Shown here: positions 1 to 9,497 of the stretch, one piece after another
How positions within the stretch are numbered: position 1 is the first letter of the stretch
Layout: each line of letters starts with the position of its first letter
From: Bacilli bacterium
GTDB taxonomy: Bacteria > Bacillota_I > Bacilli_A > RFN20 > CAG-826
Assembly: GCA_017502465.1 (NCBI GenBank)
Contig: JAFVUY010000050.1
Span: 12,256 to 76,255 of the forward strand
Reading direction: 5' to 3'
Length of the DNA stretch: 64,000 nt
Notes under the pieces: generated by a model
Seen by the model: only the letters and a program-made list of their open reading frames with translations
Databases searched by the model: none
What the model was told of the DNA's origin: nothing
Position numbers and translations under genes: made by a program

Positions 1-1641
1 TCTGATTTAGAAGCAGGACAAGAGATTACTCTTCCTACACCTTATATCCGCGTATATAACAACGAACCTCAAATTAAAGCATACGCGACATTTGAAGACG
101 GAAGTGTCACCAATATCAACACAACTTCTTGGAAATTATTCTTAAAACAAGTTGGTACATATGAAATCACATATGTTTATGGTGATGGTATTTTAGAATA
201 TGAATATTCATATTCATTTACCACTAAAACATCTAGCAACTTCTATTTAGAAGAAGTTAGACTTCCAAAATACATCATTAGAGAAGCTGCATATACTTTT
301 GATTCCGCAAGAGTTGTTAAAGTTGCTTCAAAAGAACTTGCTTATGATGAACCAAAGATTTATGTCATTGAAGATGGAGTGGATAATCACAAATTAATCA
401 ACAGAAAAAACTTCTCCACCGAAGCAAATACAAGTGTTCAATTTAAGTATGTTTATGACAATGCTGTCTTATATACATCAGAAGTTATTCCAGTTCAAAA
501 CGTTGACTTTAAGACAAAATTAAACAAAATGTCTTATTTCGCAACCGAAAACTTTGAAGTTTCTGGAACATCTTCCGCGATTAAATTAACCACAAACACA
601 AGTGTTGGTGATGCCTCCGCAGAATTCATCAACCCACTTAATTTCTCATCCTTCGCCATTAAGTTTGACTTAAGAGGTAGCGATCTTAATGCTGCTAAAC
701 TTGAAATCATCTTAGAAGATTATATGGATGAAAATAATAAATACGTTTTCTCAATTTACTCAAAGAGTGATAGTTATTACATTTCATGTAACGGAGGAAT
801 TGAATTCACTATTTCTAAAGCCACATACACCCTTACATATAACCCAATCACCAAAGTTATGAGTGATACATTTGAAAACTCATATGAAATGGAAAACCCA
901 TTTGAAACAGATAGATTCTATTTATCTCTTAGATATGTCGGTTTAGAAGGTATTTCCTCCATTTCTGTTAACTCAATTGACGGTCAACCAATGAACCAAG
1001 CCTTCTATGACACAAAAGGTGGTAATGTTGTCGCTCCATCAATTGAAAATACACGTGCTATTAACACAGTTATTCCATTAGATTTCTTCTTTCCAGAAGA
1101 TGTCTTCTCCCCATATTTAGAAGAAAACTTTGAAATCTCTGTTGTTTACTATGAAACAGAAGATTCCGAAGGTGAATACGCATATGCGGATGATGGAACT
1201 CTCCTTGATGGCACTCAAGAAAACATCAAACACCGCACTTTCACATTAACAAAGGTCGGTTGTTATCAAGTTTTCTACAATTATTATGATCAAACTTACG
1301 CAAATGGTAAGTTAAATTCACGCGTTGGTAGCGATGTTAAATCAATTTACAGTGTTGATGACACCCCACCAACCATCATCTTAAATAACGGTTATAACGA
1401 ATCCACGATTGTCCAAGTTAAAGTTGGTTCAACTCACAAGGTTCAAGGTTATAAAGTTATCGATGATCTCGATGAAAATGTTGAAGTAACAAAATACGTT
1501 ATGGATCCAAACTTAGTTCACACCAAACTCACAGGCAATTCATTCAAATGTAAAGTTGCTGGTGACTACCGTGTTTACTACTACGCAAAAGATTCAAACG
1601 GTAATATTTCTACTGTCTATTACACAGTTAGAGCGATATAA
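1..1641 (+). CDS. Large beta-rich surface or secreted protein, 5'-partial, with a C-terminal Ig-like module
   Basis: Frame 1 is open from base 1 (SDLEAGQDYTLPTP...), so the GTG start at 379 in the ORF track is internal. The C-terminus DDTPPTIIL...V.D..D...GDYRVYYYAKDSNGN resembles DUF5011/Ig-like folds. Confidence 0.6.
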   Translation, partial: SDLEAGQEITLPTPYIRVYNNEPQIKAYATFEDGSVTNINTTSWKLFLKQVGTYEITYVYGDGILEYEYSYSFTTKTSSNFYLEEVRLPKYIIREAAYTFDSARVVKVASKELAYDEPKIYVIEDGVDNHKLINRKNFSTEANTSVQFKYVYDNAVLYTSEVIPVQNVDFKTKLNKMSYFATENFEVSGTSSAIKLTTNTSVGDASAEFINPLNFSSFAIKFDLRGSDLNAAKLEIILEDYMDENNKYVFSIYSKSDSYYISCNGGIEFTISKATYTLTYNPITKVMSDTFENSYEMENPFETDRFYLSLRYVGLEGISSISVNSIDGQPMNQAFYDTKGGNVVAPSIENTRAINTVIPLDFFFPEDVFSPYLEENFEISVVYYETEDSEGEYAYADDGTLLDGTQENIKHRTFTLTKVGCYQVFYNYYDQTYANGKLNSRVGSDVKSIYSVDDTPPTIILNNGYNESTIVQVKVGSTHKVQGYKVIDDLDENVEVTKYVMDPNLVHTKLTGNSFKCKVAGDYRVYYYAKDSNGNISTVYYTVRAI

Positions 1642-1654
1642 GGAGGACAGATAA

Positions 1655-3778
1655 ATGAAAAGTAACAAAATTTTATTTCCATTATTATTAGTCCTTTCCG
1701 TATCTGCTTTAGCAGGTTGTGGTGGTTCAAGTCTTGTTAGCGATGATAATCATATTTATATTGATGACAATAATGTCGCGACGACAGGCTATGAAGATGT
1801 CCACGTTGAAGGCGAATATTATCAAGGCGTTCATGACTTTAACTATAAATCCACAGGTAAAGCTTTCGTGAAAGCAGGAAAAACATCTTATAAGATTGTT
1901 ATTCCAAGCAAAACAAGCTCAGATATTTCAGTTGCAAGAGACGAATTAATTCATTTCTTCAAAATCGCGACTGGTATCGAACTTGAATGTATTACCGATG
2001 AAAATTTAACACATAGCAAAAACAGCAAATATATTTCTCTTGGTAAAACAAAATTATTAGAATCTTCTGGCATTAAAATCGATTACAACGCCTTAACACC
2101 AGATGGATGTAGAATCGTCACAAAAGGTGACTCTATCTTCATCGTCGGTGGCACGGATATCGGTACTCTTAACGCCACATACGATTTCTTACATATTTAT
2201 TTTAAATATGAACAATATTCACCAGATGTTTATGAAATTGACCGTAACGTCAAAAACTTAGTTTTATATAACTTTGATGTTACCGATATTCCTGACATCC
2301 AACAAAGAGCAAGAAACTATGGTTTCCTTCTTAACGGAAGCGGTAATTACGATCAATCTAGATACGGTTATCGTATGAGAATGACTAAAGGTAGAGGTTA
2401 TTACTTCATGCCTGTCTTTTCCGACTTTGATTATTCTTCCGAATCCAAATTATCTACGAACACAAATACATATGTTCCTTATGAACAATACGCGAGCTTA
2501 CACCCTGATTGGTTCTCTGATTTATGTACCACAAATACATATCAACTCTGTTACACCGCTCATGGTAATCCAGAAGAACTTGAAGGATTAATTGACATTG
2601 TCACAAGAAAAATTATCTTCTCTTTAAAAAGATTTACACCTGAAGAATACCCAGATTTAAACGTTATCACCTTCACAATAGAAGATAACTTCAATCTTTG
2701 TAACTGCTATCACTGTAAATTAGATGAAGAAACTTATGGAGCTTCCAGTGCTTCCTTAATTAAATTTGTTAACGAAGTCGGAAGAAGAGTTAAAGCTTGG
2801 TCTATTTTAGAAGAAAACGCTGAATACTATAGACCAAACTTCCAAATCATTTACTTCGCATATAACGGTTATGTTGATGCACCTATTAAATATAATGAAA
2901 GCAAAAAGGTGTATGAACCATCCCACCCATCAATGGTGTTAGAAGATAATACTGGTGTCTATTTAGCTATTATTGACCGTGGCGATTTCCAATTTGATTT
3001 CTTTAATAACCCTATTTCTAACGGAGGATATTCCGGAAACATGGGCATTAAAGAAACACTTGACTCTTGGGGTGCTCTTACAAACTCTATCTATTTATGG
3101 TTATATCAAACAAACTTCTCTTTATATCCATATTTCTATGATAGTTTCTCATTCTATAATCAACCATTCTATAACTACATCTCTTCAAAAGGATTAAAGA
3201 TGTTCTTTGCCCAAGGCCAAGACACCAAGGCCAGTGGTAATACAGGCACAAACTTCAATAACTTAAAGGTTTACTTAAACTGCAAATTAAGTTGGGACTC
3301 CACACTTGATCAATCAGTTCTTATGAAAAGATACTTTAAGGCTATGTATGGAAGAGCCTCTGAAAAGATGTGGGATTACTTTGGTTTATTAAGAAGCTTC
3401 TATAGCCAAATGCTTGAAAGCAACCCATCATTAGTTAATAACAGAAGTATTTATAACAAAATCAATTCAAGAAACAATCTCCCTCTTGCCACACTCAAGA
3501 GCTTAGTCAAAGCAGTTGACGCTGCTCAAGAAATGATTAAGAGAGAATATTATAGTGAAGAAGAATATTTGACCTATAAATATAACATTGAAGCTGAAGC
3601 GTTATTCCCACTTTACGCGATGCTTGAATTATATGCTTCTGTCGATTTAACAATCGATGAAAGAAAAGCCATCGCTCAAAGATTATTAGATTCTATCTAT
3701 TACTTAAGAAATGATGGTATGAATACCAGGGAACATGGCGGAGATACAATCGCCTCCATTCCACTTGAAAACTTATAG
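1655..3778 (+). CDS. DUF4838-like lipoprotein with GH20/GH67-type N-terminal domain (putative glycoside hydrolase)
   Basis: Lipobox LAGC, RBS AGGAGG, motifs GGTDIGTLNATYDFL, HPDWF...QLC and CNCYHC. Confidence 0.65.
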   Translation: MKSNKILFPLLLVLSVSALAGCGGSSLVSDDNHIYIDDNNVATTGYEDVHVEGEYYQGVHDFNYKSTGKAFVKAGKTSYKIVIPSKTSSDISVARDELIHFFKIATGIELECITDENLTHSKNSKYISLGKTKLLESSGIKIDYNALTPDGCRIVTKGDSIFIVGGTDIGTLNATYDFLHIYFKYEQYSPDVYEIDRNVKNLVLYNFDVTDIPDIQQRARNYGFLLNGSGNYDQSRYGYRMRMTKGRGYYFMPVFSDFDYSSESKLSTNTNTYVPYEQYASLHPDWFSDLCTTNTYQLCYTAHGNPEELEGLIDIVTRKIIFSLKRFTPEEYPDLNVITFTIEDNFNLCNCYHCKLDEETYGASSASLIKFVNEVGRRVKAWSILEENAEYYRPNFQIIYFAYNGYVDAPIKYNESKKVYEPSHPSMVLEDNTGVYLAIIDRGDFQFDFFNNPISNGGYSGNMGIKETLDSWGALTNSIYLWLYQTNFSLYPYFYDSFSFYNQPFYNYISSKGLKMFFAQGQDTKASGNTGTNFNNLKVYLNCKLSWDSTLDQSVLMKRYFKAMYGRASEKMWDYFGLLRSFYSQMLESNPSLVNNRSIYNKINSRNNLPLATLKSLVKAVDAAQEMIKREYYSEEEYLTYKYNIEAEALFPLYAMLELYASVDLTIDERKAIAQRLLDSIYYLRNDGMNTREHGGDTIASIPLENL

Positions 3779-3790
3779 GAGGTAAAGAAC

Positions 3791-5752
3791 ATGAAATTAA
3801 AATATCTTATTGCATCTCTTCTTGCCTTTTTCCCATTATCACTTGTCTCTTGTGGTGGAAGTTCCACCCCATCAGAAAGTGAACAAGTAAACAAAATTGT
3901 TTTAACTGCAACTGAAGTTGACCTAGTTATCGGTGAATCTTACCTCTTAGGTATCGCGTTCACTGATGTTGATCCAAGCGAATTAACAAGTTATACATCA
4001 AGTAACACCGACATTGTTTCTGTCAGTGAATCCGGTTTAGTTGTTGCAACTGGACCAGGAAGTGCGACAGTTTCAGTTAATAAAGGTGACGCATCCGCGG
4101 AATGTGAGTTCAACGTTTCTTATGGCACACAAGTTCCTGTTATTCACGTTGATGGAATTCTTAATAATTTTCTTGAATTAGATTTAGAATCATCATTCCA
4201 ATTAAACATTTCTGTTTCTTTCAGCGGACAACGTTATGCGATTACCAATCCATCTATTTCTATTGAAGAAGGTGGAACAGGTGAGGCAACAATTTCTGAT
4301 AACGTTATCACACCTAGTAAAACAGGTGACTTTGTCTTAAAAATCACCGGTTCATTTAATGACTTCACACTTCATCCATATTATATTGATGTCACTGTTA
4401 AAGACGCGGTTACATTCTATTTAAGAGATGGAGATGAAGGATTTGAATATAAAGAAGTTAACTTATATTCTCTTTCTGAATTTGGAGGTAAAGAATATAA
4501 AGATTCCTTCACTCCAAATCCTGCAATTTCAATTAATGGAGAAGTCTTTACTACTGGAATCGCAATCGATTTAATCGACCTTGACTCTGTTGTTAATTAC
4601 AACCAAACCACTAATACAATTACTCCAATTAAAGCCGGGGTTGCTTCACTTCGTCTTACATATGGAGAATACCAAAAATCATATATTGTCAGAGTTAACC
4701 ACGTTTTCGGTGGCAATATTGGTAATGAACCATATGTTATCGATGCCTCTACAGGCGTCTTACCAAGTGAAGAAATTTTTAAAGACTTCCCTGGTGATAA
4801 CAAAATCATTAAAGCCACTAACCTTGACGGAACGCTTGATTATGAAGTTGTTGATGGAAAAGTCTTTGGCATTCAAGCCAATAACTTTGAAGAACAACAA
4901 GTCGTTGTTTATAACTCCAAAATCGCCTTCATCGTCAATATTAAGGCTTACACAAAAATCCTTAGAACTCCTGAAGACTTAAATGTTTTCATCATCAATT
5001 TCGGTGAAGATACAAGTAAAGTTCAAACATTTAGAAACGACGGTTACTATATTTTAGCTAATGACATTGATTGCTCTGGATATACTTATCCAAACCAAAC
5101 ACGTATGTTAGGTATGAGCTCAAATCAAATCGATGCGAACTGCGGTTTCGTTGGAACATTTGATGGTCAAGGCCACACTATTAGTAATTTAAAAGCACCT
5201 AAGGGTGGATTATTCTTAATCATCGGTAATGGCGCGGTTATTAAAAACGTTGGATTTAAAGATGCAGTTTTAGACACATCTAAAGACAATGATAAATTCG
5301 TTTTAGCGACATATATTTACGCGGCAGATATCTCAAACATCTTTATTTCCTCATCATCTTTAATTGAATCCGTAAATAATGCATTGGTCGCGGCGTGTGT
5401 CACAAACACATGTGCGATGTATAATTCCTTATTTGAATTCTATGGGGATGCCACAGTGAATCAAAACTTTGGATCGTTTATGCACGTTCCAAACACTAAC
5501 TTCAATTACCATCCAAAATATTTGGCTAATTGTCATTTAATTTCTGAAATTCCTATGACAGTGGCGAATAACAACAGATATTTTGATGCGATTGATTATG
5601 AAATCGAAGGTTGGACATATAACAATATTCCAAACATCAAACACTATTTAAATGAAAACGAATTCATTAATAGTGAAAATGATTTTTCAACATTTGATTC
5701 TAGATACTGGGATACAACCACTATTCCAGGAAGATTAATTTGGAGAGACTAA
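3791..5752 (+). CDS. Lipoprotein with Big_2 Ig-like domain and GLUG-type beta-helix region
   Basis: Lipobox LVSC, SSNTDIVSVSESGLVVA (Big_2), YYILANDID...FVGTFDGQGHTISNL. Confidence 0.6.
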   Translation: MKLKYLIASLLAFFPLSLVSCGGSSTPSESEQVNKIVLTATEVDLVIGESYLLGIAFTDVDPSELTSYTSSNTDIVSVSESGLVVATGPGSATVSVNKGDASAECEFNVSYGTQVPVIHVDGILNNFLELDLESSFQLNISVSFSGQRYAITNPSISIEEGGTGEATISDNVITPSKTGDFVLKITGSFNDFTLHPYYIDVTVKDAVTFYLRDGDEGFEYKEVNLYSLSEFGGKEYKDSFTPNPAISINGEVFTTGIAIDLIDLDSVVNYNQTTNTITPIKAGVASLRLTYGEYQKSYIVRVNHVFGGNIGNEPYVIDASTGVLPSEEIFKDFPGDNKIIKATNLDGTLDYEVVDGKVFGIQANNFEEQQVVVYNSKIAFIVNIKAYTKILRTPEDLNVFIINFGEDTSKVQTFRNDGYYILANDIDCSGYTYPNQTRMLGMSSNQIDANCGFVGTFDGQGHTISNLKAPKGGLFLIIGNGAVIKNVGFKDAVLDTSKDNDKFVLATYIYAADISNIFISSSSLIESVNNALVAACVTNTCAMYNSLFEFYGDATVNQNFGSFMHVPNTNFNYHPKYLANCHLISEIPMTVANNNRYFDAIDYEIEGWTYNNIPNIKHYLNENEFINSENDFSTFDSRYWDTTTIPGRLIWRD

Positions 5753-5774
5753 TTAAATAGAAAGGGCTTTCTTT

Positions 5775-7250
5775 ATGGCTACATTATCTTTTAAAAATGT
5801 AAACAAAGTTTACGATAACAACGTACAAGCGGTATTTGATTTTAACTTAGAGGTCAAAGACAAAGAATTTATCGTCTTCGTCGGTCCATCTGGATGTGGT
5901 AAATCCACAACTTTAAGAATGGTCGCTGGTTTTGAAGAAATCACCGATGGTGAAATCTATATTGGAGACAAAATTATCAACTTAATGCCTCCAAAAGATA
6001 GAGATATCGCGATGGTTTTCCAAAACTACGCGTTATATCCTCATATGACAGTCTACGACAATATGGCGTTCGCTCTTAAATTACGTAAGGTTAGAATGCC
6101 TTTAAAAGCTTTGGATTCTAAAAACCCAAATTATATTGAGAAAAAACGTGTCATTATTGAAACGAAACAAAATGAATTAAATGAAGGTTTAAAAGAATTA
6201 AAAGAAAGAAAAGCTGGTAAAGACGCGATTACTGAATTTAAGTTCCGTAAATCAAATGAAGCAAAACAACTTTTATTACAACTTGAAGAAGAGTACTCCT
6301 CTTTAGTACTTTCTTACGATAAAGATAAAGTCCTTTTACTCGAAAAACAAATTAGCTCTCTTAAAAAAGAAAATCCTGAAAACATTGAAGAAATCTCCAA
6401 ATTAGAAAAAGAATTAGCTCTCGTTTTAGCGGATGAAAGTGTTCCTGTTTATACTTATAGACATTACACAAATAAAGAAATCGCAGATAGAGTTATGGAA
6501 ACCGCGGAAATCCTTGGCTTAATTCCATATCTTAAACGTAAACCTGCTGCTCTTTCCGGCGGTCAAAGACAACGTGTTGCCTTAGGCCGTGCGATTGTTA
6601 GAAAACCAAAAGTCTTCTTAATGGACGAACCACTTTCTAACTTAGACGCAAAACTCCGCGTTCAAACAAGAAGCGAAATCATTAAAATTCATAGACAAGT
6701 CGGTGCAACGACAATTTATGTCACCCACGACCAAACTGAAGCTATGACTATGGCGAGCCGTATTGTCATTATGAAAGACGGCTATATCCAACAAGTTGGA
6801 ACACCAGAAGAAGTCTACGCTTCTCCAGAAAATATGTTTGTCGGTGGTTTCATTGGTTCACCATCCATGAACTTTGTTAACGGAATTTATGATGGAAAAG
6901 ATTTCCTTGTCGAAGGCGAATCTAATTTAAAAATTAAATTAAACAAAGAACAAAAAGAATTATTAAAAAACCATATCAATACACCACTTTCATTAGGTAT
7001 TAGACCTGAAGATATCTACATTGAAAATGATTTAGGCAATGAAAACCCAGGTCAAAAGATCACTATCCCATGTGATTTCTGTGAATTACTTGGTCATGAA
7101 AAAATTGTTTATGGTGTTATCGATAAACAAAAATTAACAATTAAAATCCCTGCTAAATATCAAATTAACACTGGAGACGCTGTCACATTCTGTTTTGACA
7201 ACAACAAAGTCTTATTCTTTGATCGTGAATCAACAATAAGGATTAGATAA
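5775..7250 (+). CDS. Sugar ABC transporter ATPase (MsmX/MalK family) with a ~125-aa charged insertion
   Basis: Walker A GPSGCGKS, signature LSGGQRQR, Walker B LMDEPLSNLD, H-loop VTHDQ, TOBE-like C-terminus. Confidence 0.93.
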   Translation: MATLSFKNVNKVYDNNVQAVFDFNLEVKDKEFIVFVGPSGCGKSTTLRMVAGFEEITDGEIYIGDKIINLMPPKDRDIAMVFQNYALYPHMTVYDNMAFALKLRKVRMPLKALDSKNPNYIEKKRVIIETKQNELNEGLKELKERKAGKDAITEFKFRKSNEAKQLLLQLEEEYSSLVLSYDKDKVLLLEKQISSLKKENPENIEEISKLEKELALVLADESVPVYTYRHYTNKEIADRVMETAEILGLIPYLKRKPAALSGGQRQRVALGRAIVRKPKVFLMDEPLSNLDAKLRVQTRSEIIKIHRQVGATTIYVTHDQTEAMTMASRIVIMKDGYIQQVGTPEEVYASPENMFVGGFIGSPSMNFVNGIYDGKDFLVEGESNLKIKLNKEQKELLKNHINTPLSLGIRPEDIYIENDLGNENPGQKITIPCDFCELLGHEKIVYGVIDKQKLTIKIPAKYQINTGDAVTFCFDNNKVLFFDRESTIRIR

Positions 7251-7252
7251 TA

Positions 7253-7585
7253 ATGTGTTTTATACGATATGCCTCAACTAATGACATCACTTCTAAAAAA
7301 GGAAAGATGCCGATGATTGAGGCGAAAGCATCTCCTCATGTTATCTTCTCTGATATTAAGAAATATCTAAGTGAACATGGTTATGAAGATATCATTGCCA
7401 GAGAAGATTACTTCGATATATTTAGCAAATTGAACAACTTTGAAATCTCCTTCAACATTGTTCTTAACGAAGGAAAAAGTTTAATCTCTATCTCTGTTTA
7501 TAGTGAGAAAAGAAGATTTAACACAAAATCTACATTAAATAAAATTTATCAAGATATCGAAAAATTATTAGAAAGGTATAGGTAA
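7253..7585 (+). CDS. Hypothetical protein (start uncertain)
   Basis: 110-aa ORF that fills the gap between the ATPase and permease genes in the operon. Confidence 0.55.
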   Translation: MCFIRYASTNDITSKKGKMPMIEAKASPHVIFSDIKKYLSEHGYEDIIAREDYFDIFSKLNNFEISFNIVLNEGKSLISISVYSEKRRFNTKSTLNKIYQDIEKLLERYR

Positions 7586-7590
7586 TTTAC

Positions 7591-8511
7591 GTGGCAAAAA
7601 CAAAAATTAAAAACACTCGTAGAAATAAAAGACTTTTGTTTTATTGCATCGTTTTAGCGTTGCCTATATTACAATTCTTAATTTTCTATCTTTACGTTAA
7701 TATCGATAGCCTTGTTTTAGCGTTCCAACATTATGAAATTAAAGACGGTGCACTCGGCTATAATGTTACTTTCGCGGGATTTTCTAACTTTATAAATGTT
7801 TTTAACATTTTGAAAAGTAAACCTCAATTATTAGAAAACTCCCTCATCTTAGCAGCATGTGAATTATTAATTGGTATCCCACTTGCTTTATTATTCTCTT
7901 ATTACATTTATAAGAAAAGATTTATGGGTGGATGGTTTAGAGTTTTACTTTTCCTCCCTCAAATCATTTCCGGAACAGTTTTCGTTATTATTGTCAAAGT
8001 CTTATTAGGCGAAGCTCTTCCATATTACAATTTACCAAACTTACTTGATAATAAAGTAGAAGTGACAAGATTCACTCTTATTGCCTTTACTTTATTCTTA
8101 AGTTTTGGCACGAACGTTCTTTTATTTACAGGTGCAATGAGTAACATTTCTCCAAGTCTTATTGAGGCTAGCGAATTGGATGGTTGTAATCCAATTCAAG
8201 AATTATTCCATGTTACTATTCCATGCATCTTCCCAACCGTTGTGACATTTATCATTATGATTTTCTCATCGATATTCGTTAACCAGATGTATTTGTTTAC
8301 CTTTGCTTTGAATAACGATAGATTGTCCACGATTGGTTTCTTCTTATATCAACAATCCCAAGCTAAAGGTGGCGGTTTAGTCCCACAAGACGCAACCGTT
8401 GCAAGTTTCTCAACTTTATCAGCGTTCTCACTATTGATTACTCTTATTTTGTTCCCACTTAGTCTTGGAATTAGAAAATTATTGACCAAATTTGGTCCAA
8501 GTGCGAGGTAG
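7591..8511 (+). CDS. Carbohydrate ABC transporter permease (MalF/UgpA-like)
   Basis: Hydrophobic helices and EAA loop SLIEASELDG. Confidence 0.9.
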   Translation: MAKTKIKNTRRNKRLLFYCIVLALPILQFLIFYLYVNIDSLVLAFQHYEIKDGALGYNVTFAGFSNFINVFNILKSKPQLLENSLILAACELLIGIPLALLFSYYIYKKRFMGGWFRVLLFLPQIISGTVFVIIVKVLLGEALPYYNLPNLLDNKVEVTRFTLIAFTLFLSFGTNVLLFTGAMSNISPSLIEASELDGCNPIQELFHVTIPCIFPTVVTFIIMIFSSIFVNQMYLFTFALNNDRLSTIGFFLYQQSQAKGGGLVPQDATVASFSTLSAFSLLITLILFPLSLGIRKLLTKFGPSAR

Positions 8512-8519
8512 GTGATATT

Positions 8520-9497
8520 ATGGCAAAATTAAATCTTAAATCGCATAAAAATAAAATCAAACAAAACTCTGTTACAGGCACAATTTTCTACGCCTGTATC
8601 TGCGCGATTCTTATCTTATTTACAATTGTTTTATCATTTGTTATTTGTTGGACTCTTTTAAATTCCTTAAAGGATGGATTTGATTTAGAAGATGGTAACT
8701 ATTTTGGTTTACCAAATTTAAGCGCATATCCAAATCATGGAATTTTTGATAACTTTGTTAACATTCTTTTAAACTTCAAAATTAGAGTAGGGTTACAAAC
8801 ATATTATTCTTCTATCTTTGGAGAAATTGTTTGCCCCGCAAAAGAAGTTAGTTACTTAGAAATGTTAGGCTACACTCTCGTATACGCGGGTGTCGGCGCG
8901 CTTTTCCAAGCAGTTTTACCTGCAATCGTTGCCTTTATGCTTTGTAAATATCGTTTCAAAGTTTCAAAGATTATCTACGCGATTGCTTTGGTTGTTTATA
9001 TTATTCCAATCGTTGGTAACTATCCAGCAATGATTACATTAATGAGAGACTTGGGTATTTATAACACCTTACACGGCTCTCTTATTCAAAAATTTAATTT
9101 CTTCGGAATGTATTTCTTTGTTTTCTATGCATATTTTGAAAATTATTCCGATTCATATTTAGAAGCTGCGGAAATCGACGGGGCCACTCAACTTAATTGC
9201 CTCACAAGAATCGCTCTTCCAATGGCCTCTAAATTAATTGCGACAGTATTTTTAATCTCCTTTGTTAACTTATGGAATGATTATCAATCCCCATTACTTT
9301 ATATGCCAAGTTATCCAACACTTGCATATGCAATTTATGTCTTATGTACCACAAGTGGTAATAATATTTCCATTGTTGTTACATCAAGTATGAAGTTTGC
9401 TGGAGTTATTTGTACTTCCTTACCAATCGTCTTATTATTTATCTTCTTAAAAGACAAACTTATGACAAATTTATCACTTGGAGGTGTTAAAGAATAA
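8520..9497 (+). CDS. Carbohydrate ABC transporter permease (MalG/UgpE-like)
   Basis: YLEAAEIDGA, WNDY..PL and C-terminal GGVKE. Confidence 0.92.
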   Translation: MAKLNLKSHKNKIKQNSVTGTIFYACICAILILFTIVLSFVICWTLLNSLKDGFDLEDGNYFGLPNLSAYPNHGIFDNFVNILLNFKIRVGLQTYYSSIFGEIVCPAKEVSYLEMLGYTLVYAGVGALFQAVLPAIVAFMLCKYRFKVSKIIYAIALVVYIIPIVGNYPAMITLMRDLGIYNTLHGSLIQKFNFFGMYFFVFYAYFENYSDSYLEAAEIDGATQLNCLTRIALPMASKLIATVFLISFVNLWNDYQSPLLYMPSYPTLAYAIYVLCTTSGNNISIVVTSSMKFAGVICTSLPIVLLFIFLKDKLMTNLSLGGVKE

